From assembly GCF_004010195.1 (NCBI RefSeq), contig NC_057719.1, forward strand, positions 50,978,913 to 51,042,912: a DNA stretch of 64,000 bases. The letters run 5' to 3'. Of this stretch, positions 23,955 to 36,943 are shown piece by piece. The notes under the pieces are model-generated. The model was not told the DNA's origin and did no database searches. It was given only the letters and a program-made list of their open reading frames with translations. Both the position numbers and the translations under genes were made by a program. The stretch comes from Chiloscyllium plagiosum. Lineage: Eukaryota. Each line of letters opens with the position of its first letter. The stretch's first letter is position 1.

Positions 23955-25880
23955 GTCACAGAGTTATAGAAATGTAGAGCATGGAAACAGACTCTTCAGT
24001 CCAACTCGTCCATGCTGACCAGATATCCTAATTTAATCTAGTCCCATTTGTCAGCACTTGGCACATATCCCTCTAAACCCTTCCTATTCATATATCCATC
24101 CAGATGCTTTTAAATGCTGTAATTGTACCAGCCTCCACCACTTCCTCCGGCTCTCATTCCATACACGCACCACCCTCTATGTGAAAAAGTTCTCCCTTAG
24201 GACCCTCTGTGTATCTTTCCCTTCTCACTGGTATGATGGCTAGGAAGTTAGCACTGCTGCCTCACAGCGCCAGGGACCTGGGTTTGATTCCAGCCTCAGG
24301 CAACTGTCAGTGTGAAGTTTGCACATTCTCCCAGTGTTTGTGTGGGTTTCCTCCGGGTTCCTCCTACAATCCAAAGATGTGCAGGTTAGGTGAATTGGCC
24401 GTGCTAAATTGCCATTACTGTTCAGTGATGTGTAGGTTAGGTGCACTTGTTGGGGTAGATAATAGGGTAGGGGAATGGGTTCGGGTGGGTTACTCTACTG
24501 AGGGTCAGTGTGAACTTGTTGGGCTGAAGGGCCTGTTTCCACATTATAGGGATTCTATGGATTCAACCTTCCCTCGAATTCTGGACTCCTTCATCCCAGG
24601 GAAAAAACCTTGTCTACTTTCCTATCCATGCCTCATGATAGTATAAACCTCTATAAAGTCATCCCTCAGCTCCAGGGAAAAAAGCTCCAGCCTATTCAGC
24701 CTCTCCCTATAGCTCAAATCCTCTAACCTTGACAACATCCTTGTAAATCTTTTCTGAACCCTTTCAAGTTTCACAACAACTTTCCAATAGGAAGGAGACC
24801 CTAGAATTGCACGCAATATTCCAACAGCTGCCTAACCAAAGTCCTGTACAGCCGCAACATGACCTCCTAACTCCTATACTCAATGCTCTGACCAATAAAG
24901 GAAAGCATACCAAATGCCCTGTTCACTACCCTATCTACCTGCGAATCCACTTTCAAGGAACTATAAACCTGCACTCCAAAGTCTCTTTGTTCAGCAACAC
25001 TCCCGAGGACCTTACCATTAAGTGGATAAATCCTGCTAAGATTTGCTTTTCCAAAATGCAGCACCTCACATTTATCTAAATTAAACTCTATCTGCCACTC
25101 TTCAGCCCAGTGGCCCATCTGATCAAGATCCCATTGTAATCTGAGATAACCTTCTTCGCTGTCCACTACACCTCCAATTTTGGTGTCATCTGCAAACTTA
25201 CTAAGTATACCTCCTATGTTCCTATCCAAATCATTTATATAAATGTTGAAAACCAGTGAAACCAGCACCGATCCTTGTGACACACCACTGGTCACAGGCC
25301 CCCAGTCTGAAATACAACCCTCCATCACCACCAATTCAGGAGCCAATTCTGTATCCAAATGGCTAGGTTTTCCTGTATTTCATGAGATCTAACCTTGCTA
25401 ACTAGTCTCCCATGAGGTAACTTGTCGAATGCCTTACTGAAGTCCATTTAGATCACATCTATTGCTCTGCCCACATCAATCCTCTTTGTTATTTCTTCAA
25501 AAAAACTCAAATTCGTGAGATATGATTTCCCATGCACAAAGCTATGCTGACTACCCCTAATCAGTCCTTGCCTTTCCAAATATATGTAAATCCTGTCCCA
25601 CGGGATTCCCTGCAACAACTTGCCCACCACCGATGTCAGGCTCACCAGTCTATAGTTTCCTGGCGTTTCTTTACCACCTTTCTTAAATAGGGCCATCACG
25701 TTAGCCAATCTCCAGTCATCTGGCACCTCACCTATGACTATTGATGATACAAATATCTCAGCAAAAGGCCCAGCAATTAATTCCCTAGTTTCCCAGAGCT
25801 CTAGGATCCACCTGATCAGGTCCTGAGGATTTATCCACTTATATGCATCTCAAGACATCAGCACCTCCTCCTCTGTAACA
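23955..25880 (-). mobile_element. CR1 (HER1-type) LINE, 5'-truncated, with nested HE1 SINE
   Basis: ORFs 24867-25358 and 25448-25726 contain GVSQGSVL, KFADDTKIGG and PGNYRLVSLTS; reverse complement of 28445-30160. Confidence 0.9.
24229..24560 (+). mobile_element. HE1-type SINE inside CR1
   Basis: Matches 47931-48258; the CR1 sequence resumes on both sides. Confidence 0.85.
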
Positions 25881-26099
25881 TGGACATTTTTCAAGATGTC
25901 CCCACATTCTATATTTTCCAAAAACTTTCCCACAAGGAGAAGCAATCTCTCTACATCTACTCTTTCAATAAGGTCACCTCTCATTATTCTAAACTCCAAC
26001 CTACTCAACCTCTCCTCATAGGAGAATTCCATACTCAGCATCAACCGAGTAAACCTTCTCTGTATTGCCTCCAATGCCAACATACCTACCTTTAGATCC

Positions 26100-27760
26100 A
26101 AAGCTCTGACAGTCCATTATGTCAAGTTGTGAATGGTGGTGGACTATCAAAGAGCTTCATGGAGGAGGAGACTCTACAAACATCACTGCCCTCAACGATG
26201 GGGACACCAGCGCAAAACATAATGCTGAAACATTTGCAAACATCTCCAGCCAGAAGTGCCGAGTGGCTGATCCATTTTGACTATCTCCTTCAACAACAGG
26301 ACTGAAGTCATGTGCTCCAGAACTTACAAGTTGTTCCAGTTCAAGTACACTGCCAACTATCTATCAATATGGAAAATTGTCCAGGTATAACCTGCATACA
26401 AAAATCAGAAGAAATCCAACCCAGTCACATCAGTTTATTCTCAGTCAGTAATGTGATGGAAGGAGTCATCAACAGTTCTATCAAGCAGCACCTGCTCAGC
26501 AACAACCTGCTCACTCATGCTCAATGTGAGTTCTGCCAGGGCCAATGAACTCCTGATCTCATTAGAGCCTCGGTTCAAACACAGACAAAAGAGCTCGAGT
26601 CCAAAGATGAGGTGACTTGAGATGACTGCTTTTCATATCAAAGCATATCAAAGTATATCAAGAGGTCACACAGCAAACCTATGTCAATTGGAATGGGGGG
26701 CGGGGGGCAGTTGTCCTCTCCGTTTTTGGAGTCATCAAGTCATCATTAGTTCAGGGAAGATGCTTGAGGTTGTCAGAGGACACATCAGCTCCATGATTTC
26801 TTCAGGATAGTGTCCTACGCCCAACAAGTTTTAGTGGCTTCACCAATCACTTTTCCTCCACCATAAGGTAAGAAGTGGGATGATCACCAACGATTGCATA
26901 ATATTCAGCACCATTAGACATCTTTCATACCTGAGGAGTACATGTCCAAAGGCAACAAGATCTGAAGAATATCCAGGCTTAGGTTGAAAAGCACCAAGTA
27001 ATAACATTCGGCCACACACGTGGCAGGCAGGCTGCCTCTACAAAAGAGACTCTAACCATCTCTCCTTTACATCTAATGCCATTATTCATGAATCCGCCCT
27101 ACTTGAAATCTGAGTGTTATCTCTGATCAGAAACTGAATTGGAATAGTCTTTAAATACTGAGGCTACAAAAGCAGGAGAGAGGTTAGGAATTCTGCAGCA
27201 AGTAACTTACCTCTGGATTCCTCAAAACATATCCACCATCTGAAAGGCATAGGCCAGGAGTACTGTATATTGGAATAATCCCCACTTGCCTGGATGACTG
27301 CAGTTCTAGTAACAGCAAGAGGCTTAACACCATTATGGACAAAGTTGCCCTTGTGGTTGATATTACATTCCCAAACATTCCCTTCCTTCACTGCCAATGC
27401 TCAGTACCAGCAGTGTGTACCATTTACAAGGTGCATTGCAGAAAATTACCAAAGCTTCTTGGATAACACCTTCTAAACTCATGACCACTTCCAACTTGAA
27501 ACATAAGGGTGGTCAATGCATGGGAACACTATGCTCCTTTCCTAGCCACTAACCATCCTAACTTGGAAATATAATTGATTTTCCTTCAGTGACACGGGTA
27601 ATCCTGGAATTCCCTTCCTAACATCACTATTAGACTCTGCCTTCACTAAATGAACTGCAGTGATTCAAAGAAGCGGCTCTTCGCCACCTTATTAAGGACT
27701 AGGGATGTGGAGTAAATGCTGATCGAGCCAACATCCCCACTTTCCGTGAATGATTAGAAA
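26100..27760 (+). mobile_element. Old CR1/L2-group LINE
   Basis: ORF 26312-26548 resembles RT domains 1-2 (..HISLFSVSNVMEGVINSSIKQHLLSNNLLTHAQCEF..); tail shared with 5115-5180. Confidence 0.65.
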
Positions 27761-28444
27761 GAACAGACACACACAGTGATCAACTACAGGATCGAAGGCT
27801 AGATTAAGGATTTAAAGTCCAGTAAAGTGAAAGGGTGTACAGATCTTGAAGGATGGTGATTTGGCTTGCTTCAGGCTGAACTCAGTGATCCCTCTGCATT
27901 CAGTGGTGCCAAGGTGCTTATGATGTGGATGGTCTGTTGACCTTTCATCTGGAAACAGCTGGTGATTCCAGACAGCTAACAGCAGATAGGGCTCAAAACT
28001 TGCAAACTAGAATGAGAGAGAGAAGGTTTAGGCTTTTCCAGTGTCACATTTTCTTTTGTTCTGTGGCCTGCAGAAAAGAAAATGTCTAGCTGGCTATACT
28101 CAGCCCTCTCTCAGCAATGAACTAGAATGAATTCCAGCTATCTGATTTCCTTGATTATATTATATCAAAGCAAATTCATAGCCAACGTCCCATTGTCCTA
28201 TTGATTACATCGAATGGTTTGTTTCTTTTGAGCTGAGTGTCCTGATGCTTAGCTAATGGGGTAGGAAATGGTCCCCATTCACACTCCTTCAATCGATCCT
28301 GAGCCTTTCCAGTCAGGTTCTGGCCATTTTCAATGGCTTCGGAATATCAATTGTCTGGTAACACAAATGATGTACATGTTCAGCCATCCTTCAAACTGTG
28401 ATTTCAAGTCAATGGAACATGGCTTCAGATTTTCAAAATGCAAG

Positions 28445-30160
28445 TTTTTTGCATCAGTATTTACTGTGGAAAAGGATATGGAAGATATAGACTGGAGGGA
28501 AATAGATGGTGACACCTTGCAAAATGTCCAAATTATAAAGGAGGAAGTGCTGGATGTCTTGAAACGCATTAAGGTGGATAAATCCCCATGACCTGATCAG
28601 GTGTACCCTAGAACTCTGTGGGAAGCTAGAGAAGTGATTGCTGGGCCTCTTGCTGAGATATTTGTATCATCCATAGTCACCAGTGAGGTGCCAGAAGACT
28701 GGAGGTTGGCAAATGTGGTGCCACTGTTTAAGAAGGGTGGTAAGGACAAGCCAGGGAACTATAGACCGGTGAGCCTGAACTCGGTGGTGGGCAAGTTGTT
28801 GGAGGGAATCCTGAGGGACAGGATGTACAGGTGTTTGGAAAGGCAAGGACTGATTGGGGATAGTAAACATGGCTTTGTGCGTGGGAAATCATGTCTCACA
28901 AACTTGAATGAGTTTTTTGAGGAAGTAACAAAGAGGATTGATGAGGGCAGAGCGGTACCTGTGATCAATATAGACTTCAGTAAGGCGTTCAACAAGGTTC
29001 CCCATGGGAGACTGATTAGCAAGATTAGATCTCATGGAATACAGGGAGAGCTAGCCATTTGGATACAGAACTGGCTCAAAGGTAGAAGACAAAGATGGTG
29101 GTGGAAGGTTGTTTTTCAGACTGGAGGCCTGTGACCAGTGGAGTGCCTCAAGGATCGGTGCTGGGTCCTCTACTTTTTGTCATTTACATAAATGATTTGG
29201 ATGCGAGCATAAGAGGTACAGTTAGTAAGTTTGCAGATGACACCAAAATTGGAGGTGTAGTGGACAGCGAAGAGGGTTACCTCAGATTACAACAGGATCT
29301 GGACCAGATGGGCCAATGGGCTGAGAAGTGGCAGATGGAGTTTAATTCAGATAAATGCGAGGTGCTGCATTTTGGGAAAGCAAATCTTAGCAGGATTTAT
29401 ACACTTAATGGTAAGGTCCTAGTGGGTTTTGCTGAACAAAAAAAGAGACCTTGGAGTGCAGGTTCATAGCTCCTTGAAAGTGGAGCCGCAGTTAGACAGG
29501 ATAGTGAAGAAGGCATTTGGTATGCTTTCTTATATTGGTCAGAGTATTGAGTACAGGAGTTGAAAGGTCATGTTGCAGCTGTACAGGACATTGGTAAGAC
29601 AGCTGTTGGAATATTGCGTGCAATTCTGGTCTCCTTCCTATCAGAAAGATGTTGTGAAACTTGAAAGGATTCAGAAAAGATTTACAAGGATGTTGTCAAG
29701 GTTGGAGGATTTGAGCTATAGGGAGAGGCTGAATGGGCTGGGGCTGTTTTCCCTGGAGCGTCGGAGGCTGAGGGGTGACCTTATAGTGGATTACAAAATT
29801 ATGAGGGGCATGGATAGGGTAAACAGACAAAGTCTTTCCCCTGGGTTGGAAAAGTCCAGAACGAGAGGGCATAGATTCAGGGTGAGAGGAAAAGATATAA
29901 AAGAGACCTAAGGGGCAACTTTTTTTACACAGAGGGTGGTATGAGTATGGAATGAGCTGCCAGAGGAAGTGGTGGACGCTGGTACACTTGCAACATTTAA
30001 GAGGCATTTGGATGGGTATATGAATAGGAAGGGTTTGGAGGGATATGGGCCAGGTGCTGTCAGGTGCGACTAGATTGGGCTGGGATACCTCGTTGGCATG
30101 GACGGGTTGGACCGAAGGGTCTGTTTCTGTGCTGTACATCTCGATGACTCTATGACTCTA
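28445..30160 (+). mobile_element. Relatively young CR1 (HER1-type) LINE, 5'-truncated, frameshifted RT
   Basis: ORFs 28601-29134, 29095-29469 and 29570-29911 contain [31 protein letters not shown] and KFADDTK. Tandem (ATGACTCT)n tail. Confidence 0.95.
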
Positions 30161-31494
30161 TAACCAATGGTTTCCGGTCATAAATTCACAGATGTTTTAC
30201 ACAATGCATAGATTTGTCATGTTGCAGTTAACCATTTCCAAAGGTTTGGTCTGAAATGTGAAGACTTCACTCAGAGTACACATTAACATAATTAATACCA
30301 TAGACTATACACACTGATATTCTTATTTATCAGATTTTGGAAATTAAGATGTACTATCACGCTCCTTCCAATGATATCAATTCTAATCAGTTTTGGAAAA
30401 TTTGTGATAGTTGGCAGTTATAATCATGAAATTTAATGGGAACAGAAATGATTAGAAGCAGGACAGTATCATTGAACAAACTGACACCACATCTAATTAT
30501 TTCACTGGGACAAAAATGGAGAATTTAGACTACAGGTACATCTTCAGATGGTCAACACAGCTATAATTCTAAACTTATAGTCAATACCTACAATCGAACA
30601 GCTGTTGACATAGTTTTATGAACTAACATCTTCATGAAGCTTGATACATGACACAACTCTCTTACCTGAAAAAGATTAGTGAATCACAACTAATAAGTGT
30701 GATTACATTGTTACCATTGAGATAGACTTTTATTCCAGATTTTTACTGAATTTATTTAATATAAATTTTAAAGTGTGTTCTTAAGGTCACTGGTCGCAAA
30801 ATGTTAATTGTATTTCCTCCCACAGATGCTGCCAGAGCTCCTGGGTTTCTCTAGTAATTTCTGTTCGTGTGTGTACTTCACATGAACAGTAGTGCCACAG
30901 TTCTTTGTTTTATTTTATAATCTCCATCAATTAGGCTTGGCTTTTCCTCGTAGAATAGGACTTAACCATTATCTTAATTGGGAATGTCCTTAACCTGGGT
31001 TTCAACATCTGGTAGACTCTGCAGAACACCTCACTGTCCCTATCCTTGCCAATTCTAAGGGTTATTCCTGATTCTGCTCGGCATAAAGTAGGTTCCTTTA
31101 TAACTTTCCTATTAGAATTGTGTTGCTTCAAAATGACCTTGAACTAAAAGTAGGTGACCTTCTCCAATCCTGACTCTTGATTTTTGGTGCTCAAAGGCCA
31201 CAATGTGAAGCCATTCTAAACTGTAAGGAATCTTAGTATTTAATGTTTTGAGTGAAGGAAGGAATTGTGTCAAAATTCCTGACTTTCAATATGATTTACA
31301 AATAATCCTGGTCATTCTGATTATGTTGTATTGTAGGGCCAAAAACATTCACTTGTTATCACAAGTGACTTCCATGTCATCTGCTTCCTGTTAAATTTGC
31401 TGAACTTTCCTTTGCTGTGCAGGTATTCTGTGATTTACTTTAACAAGGTGCTCTCACATTCTAAAATTCTTAGTAACCAATTCAGAAACTATTA

Positions 31495-31792
31495 TTGCAC
31501 AGTGGTTAGCACCGCTGCCTCACAGCACCAGGGACCCAGGCTCGATTCCAGCCTTGAGTGGCTGTCTGTATGGAGTTTGTGTGGGTTTCCTCCCACAATC
31601 CAAAGATGTGCAGGTTAGGTGAATTGGCTATGCTAAGTTGTCCATAGTGTTCAGGGATGTGTAGGTTAGGTGTATTAGTCAGGGGTAAATGTAGAGTAAT
31701 AACGGAATGGGTCTAGGTGGAATCCTTTTCAGAGGGTTGATGTGGACATGCTGGGCAGAAGGGCCTGTTTCCATACTGTAGGGATTCTATGA
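31495..31792 (+). mobile_element. HE1-type SINE
   Basis: Matches 47931-48258 with an internal deletion. Confidence 0.85.
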
Positions 31793-34700
31793 ATTTTAAA
31801 TACCCTCTGCTAGACAATCATGCAATGTTTCCTTGCACCACAACACCAGCACTTCAAATTGGCAGTTCCCACCTTTCTCATATTTTTGTCAGATTTCTGC
31901 TGGGTTAGGCAGTCATCTTGGGCCTCACTGATTGATGAGCTTGTTCTTGGGTCATTGCCTTGTGTTGAATCATCCCTTTCCATTCTGCCTTGTTTGAGAT
32001 TATCTTATATGTTGGCAAATAAGTTCTCCCTCCAATTGCAATAAATCAACATCTACTCTATCAAGAGTTCTAAACAGGTCACCTCTCAATGCTGTTTCAA
32101 TGGTCTGAACACATTCAATGAAATATGCCTAGGGTTGAAAATGCATTGAGGGCTACCAGGACTGACTGAAAATGTGTTGAAGCTCAGCACTTGGTAGGGA
32201 TTGCTTTGACTATGGGATTGGTTACACAAGGAGAGCAGAATGATCTGTCTAGCTACGTTTTCCACAGCTCTCATCCAAGTTCTCAGATCAGACCTACAAC
32301 CATATCGAAAGCTGAGGAAGTGCATTGGCTGCTGAACTGGCACAGATATGTGGCCAACAAGCCACTAACTTTGGGGAAATATTTCAAGAGTCGCTAACCT
32401 CATAGTTCGATCTCGCCACACGGTCATTCAATCTCGCCTTGTGGTGGTTCAGATATTTTACAGAAAAAACTTTTTTCTTCCATGGTCTGATGTTCCCATC
32501 ACTGCTAGATTATGTTGTTATGTAGTATCTCATAGGTTCATTGATTGAATTATCATGCAGAACACGACCTCAGATTCATAGTTTTTTTAATACAATAAAG
32601 TCAGAGGAGTCTACTTATTTAATCAACCTTTTCAGACACACCTGCAGGGCAGGTGGGGTTTGAATATAAATCTTCTCAGGGATGCACCACAAAACCCTTT
32701 TGCCTATGCTTTTGTGAACAGACATGAAATGATCCAGGAGTATTCTAGTTCTTTTAAGCAACCTGCCTAGACATGTTTTGACACACCAGAAGAGGGGGGA
32801 CTTGATCCTGGAACTTTGACTCAGAGGTCGAGACACTACCACTGCACCCTAAGACCTTCCAGGGTTACTCAATAATGACTTGATTTTCTGTTGAACATTT
32901 TGAACAGTTCTCAATCCGTACATCCAATCAGCTTGCAAGCTTCATTAAACTTGTAGATAGCTGAAGCAGTCTGTAATTACCTAGTGATACTTTGACAGCT
33001 TGTATGCTCAGCAACTCATTTTTTGCCAGTAACCTAATTTAATAATTAATTTGCAAATAACCGCTTATCGAAGTGACAAAAACACTATCATTTAATTAAC
33101 TGATTATTATAAGCCGGATGCAGAGGACTAATTATACCAAAGCCTGACAGCTCTCAATTGCATTATAACAATTTCAAAAATTGATTAATTATAATGACTG
33201 TCCAGCAGAGAGCTCATTTAACAATTCTGCACACCTATTTAAATAAAGAAGTTAAAAATAAAGTTCTGGCATGTGAATAGTTGCCTCCATCTGCACAGCA
33301 TGCTAAAATGATATAGGATTAGGCAGTTGTGTAAAAAAGGACTGAGAACCCATTCTGTCATTCTTATGTGCTTTATACACAAAGAAAAATCAACTGCAAT
33401 TTGCATTCGAAGGGTGTTTTGCATTTTAAACATTCAAGAACTGCACGCACAACTTATCCGAACATGACTGCATTTAATTCGACCCTTGGTTTTGCAGTTC
33501 CACAGTATTGATGTTTCCAGCGCTCATGTGAATTAACAAATAACCACTTCTAAAATGTTCAATATGAACATTGCTAAAGCCTGTTTGTTTTCCTTTCAAC
33601 ATGTTCTCTGCATTACAGGTTATTAGCTACAATATAGTGTATCCTTAACCTTTTTGGAAGTGAGACAGAGACACGTTGCAGGAAGTGGAAAAAAGGAGCT
33701 TTTCTGATGATTATCTTTGCAAATTCTTACTTCTCCAACATAAATCGCAGCATTTTGCCATTTACAAGGATGCACTTCTAGTGAGGCCTTTATTTCAATT
33801 CGGTGGCATGCATGACATATATTGTGGATCATCACATATTTCACAGCGCAATTTTGAAAGTATCACTAATGTTGCTTTTTAAAAATTCTTTCTCCTATTT
33901 AAGACACCAAAACTAGAAGCCATGAATATAAGGTATGCAGCAATAAATTTAATAAAGAAATCAGCGGTAATCTCTTACCCAGAAGGAAAATAGAATTGAG
34001 ACAAATGCATGATGCGTTTATTGCGTTGATAAGTGGTAAGGTGAGAGGAAGGTCATGCCGAGCATAAACATCGACGTAGACAAGTTGGGTTGAACAGCCC
34101 CTTTCTGTACTATTAATTCGTTGCAATTGCTACTGGTTACATTTTGCAGCCACTAAAAAAAACCCACCAAATTTGCATATTTACAGATCCCATAAGTAAT
34201 CAGCATAATATACTGAAGTGTCCTGAGACACTTCACGGATAGTAAAATGATGAGTACGAGTAACAAGAGTGGGAATATGATTGAAGTGCAATTGAAAAGC
34301 TGAATTTCTGGGAATCTTTTAAAAGCAGGAAGGAAATAGTAACTAGCATAAATTCACTCCCTTCATTATTGGGACAGATCAGGAATTTTAGTATGGAAGA
34401 TGTATCATTTGTGTTACTATCTACAGTTTTGGGAGGCTACCGAATTCCTGGCAGGGAACTGTACAATCATTCCACATAGCATTTAAATAGCACATGGAAT
34501 TATTGCTACCATATTCCACTGACTCGAATGCTTCCACACAATCTTTATAGAAGGGACTGATTTTTTTTTAAAAAAAGATAGTTCATTTGTAGCTTTCTAC
34601 GTTGCAAATATTTTTAAGGTGACAATCATACTGCTTTTGCTAAATAATTACAGATATCACACCTGTATTTGCTTTGGAAATGAACTTGTCCTACCTTCCT

Positions 34701-35399
34701 GCAGCCCAGTAATTGAGTAGTTTGCATTGTATCAAATGATATCAGCACCTTGCCTTCAGATGTCTCAAATAAATGAGACTTTGAAGCATTTTCTAACATG
34801 AAGATGTTAAGAAATGGTCACTAAATCAAAGAAGAATGATTTGGGAGAGGTGACCATGGCCAAAGAGAAAGTTTTAAGCAATGTCGGATGTGAGAAATGA
34901 AGCTCACTGTTCAATAACTTCAGTCTGAAGCAGTCTTTATTCATATGTTCTTGCAAGCCCAGGTGACCACAAAGTAGGCACACTTCTGAATAATTTTATT
35001 GCACATTTATACAGTTTTCTATGAGCCCCTCTGTACCTCCCCTTTTGCATCATACATGACAGTTGTATTGCTCTGTGTAGTGGCTAATCTAATCGGCTTA
35101 CCACATCTGTCTGTGGCCTGTTGTTTGCATGCAATCCACCTTGATAGCTGGGTTTTATTACTTTTACTGACGCAACACTGGATCTTACTTAGTTATCTTG
35201 TTCATACTAACTCCCTCTATGCAACTGTCATGTCAATACATCTGCTTCTACCAGTCGACTACCTCCCTTTTCAGTTAGTTATTTCTTGGTATACACCCTC
35301 ATGATTCCGCCTTGCGATTTTTGCAGAAACAACATTTGCAAGCGCCTCACACCAGATTTACACATAGGTACATAATTCTTTAGAGTTTGTATCACATAT

Positions 35400-35832
35400 A
35401 GATAGAGGTTAAGGTGGCATTTAGCATGCTTGCCTTCACTGGTCAGACCTTTGAGAATAACAGTTGGGACATTATGTTGAGGCTGTAAAGGACGTTGGTG
35501 AAGCCTCTTCTAGAGGACCATGCCCAGTTCTGGTCGCCTTGGTTTTGGAAGCAGATTCTTAAGCTGGAGGGGGTTTGGAAGCGATTTACTAGGAAGTAGG
35601 AATGGAGAGTTTGAGTAATAAAGTGAGGCTGGATAGGTTCGTGTGTGGAATGAACCCCAGAGGAAGTGGTGGATGTGGGTACAGTGACACTATTTTAAAA
35701 AAGTTTAGATAAGTACATGAATAAGAAGCGTTTGGAGGGATATGCGGCAAGCACAAGTAGATGGGACTAGTTTAATTTGGGATTATGGTTGCACCAAAGC
35801 GACTATTTCCATGCCGTATGACTCCAGGACTC
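35400..35832 (+). mobile_element. CR1 LINE 3' fragment with internal deletion
   Basis: Colinear with 29495-30160. Confidence 0.75.
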
Positions 35833-36861
35833 TAAGTTACACTTTCGGTGTCATGTTATGAGGGGCCTCTAAATATGAAAAATAAGCTTAAATTTAAAGT
35901 TTTACAATATCAGTTATAAAGTAAAGGAGATAGGTAAGAATGCTTTCTAAAATGAGCCAGCACTGCTAGAATGAAGCCCCCATCAAAATGATTGAAGTTT
36001 CAGTAGGCAAGCATTGTAGGGGTACTGACCATAACTAAGTTTCAACATGATAATGGAAAGGGATAAGGGGAGTGTGCAGAAAATAAATTAAATGTCTAAA
36101 CTGTGGTAAGGCCAATTTCAAAATTATTAGATAGGATCTGGGTAAACGTAGACTGGAGTAGCTATTTGCTGGTAAGTGTACACTTGGAAAGTGGGAGGTT
36201 TCTTTTAGAAAAAGTAGCATAGTGAGAATTTAGGTCCCTTTAAGAGTGAAGGTCAAGGGCAGCATGAGAACGCGGTCAAAGGATATTGAGAGTTTGATTA
36301 AGGAAAAGAAGGAAGCATATGTCAGGTGCAGAATATTAAAAACTGTCGAGGCCCTTCAGGGACATACAGTGTAGGGGATGCTTAAAAAAGAAATTAGGAG
36401 GGCAAACAGGGCCACAAAGTATCTTTAGGATGAAAGGAAATTTCCAAAGGATTTTATTGGTATGTTAAGAGGGGATTATCAGCAAAAGAGTAGGGTTTAT
36501 TAGAGACTAAAGAAGCAATCTGTGCATGGAGGACATGGTGCAGTCTTAAATGAATATTTCTCATCTGTATTCACAAAGTAGACAGACATTGTAGCTGGAA
36601 ATTTCATTTTGGATGGTGAAGTTATAGTACATATTAAAATTAATAAGGAGGAGATATTAGAAGTTTCAGCAGGCATAAACATGCAATAATCTCCAGGGTC
36701 TGATGAGATGTATCCCAGGCTGCTATGGGAGAAAGTGAGGACTGCAGATGCTGGAGAGTCAGAGTTAAAAAGTGTGGCACTGGGAAAGTACAGCAGATTA
36801 GGCAGTGTCCAAGGAGCAGAGATAACACCAGGTTATAGTCCAACAGGTTTAATTGGAAGTA

Positions 36862-36896
36862 CACTAACTTTCGGAGCGACGCTCCTTCATCAGGTG
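36862..36896 (-). ncRNA. Minimal type-I hammerhead motif
   Basis: Minus strand reads cac-CUGAUGA-aggagc-guc-gcucc-GAAA-GUUA-gug. Confidence 0.7.
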
Positions 36897-36908
36897 ATAG
36901 GTGACTAT

Positions 36909-36943
36909 CACCTGATGAAGGAGCGTCGCTCCGAAAGCTAGTG
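36909..36943 (+). ncRNA. Minimal type-I hammerhead motif (core intact)
   Basis: cac-CUGAUGA-aggagc-guc-gcucc-GAAA-GCUA-gug, with palindromic AGCU at stem III. Confidence 0.8.
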
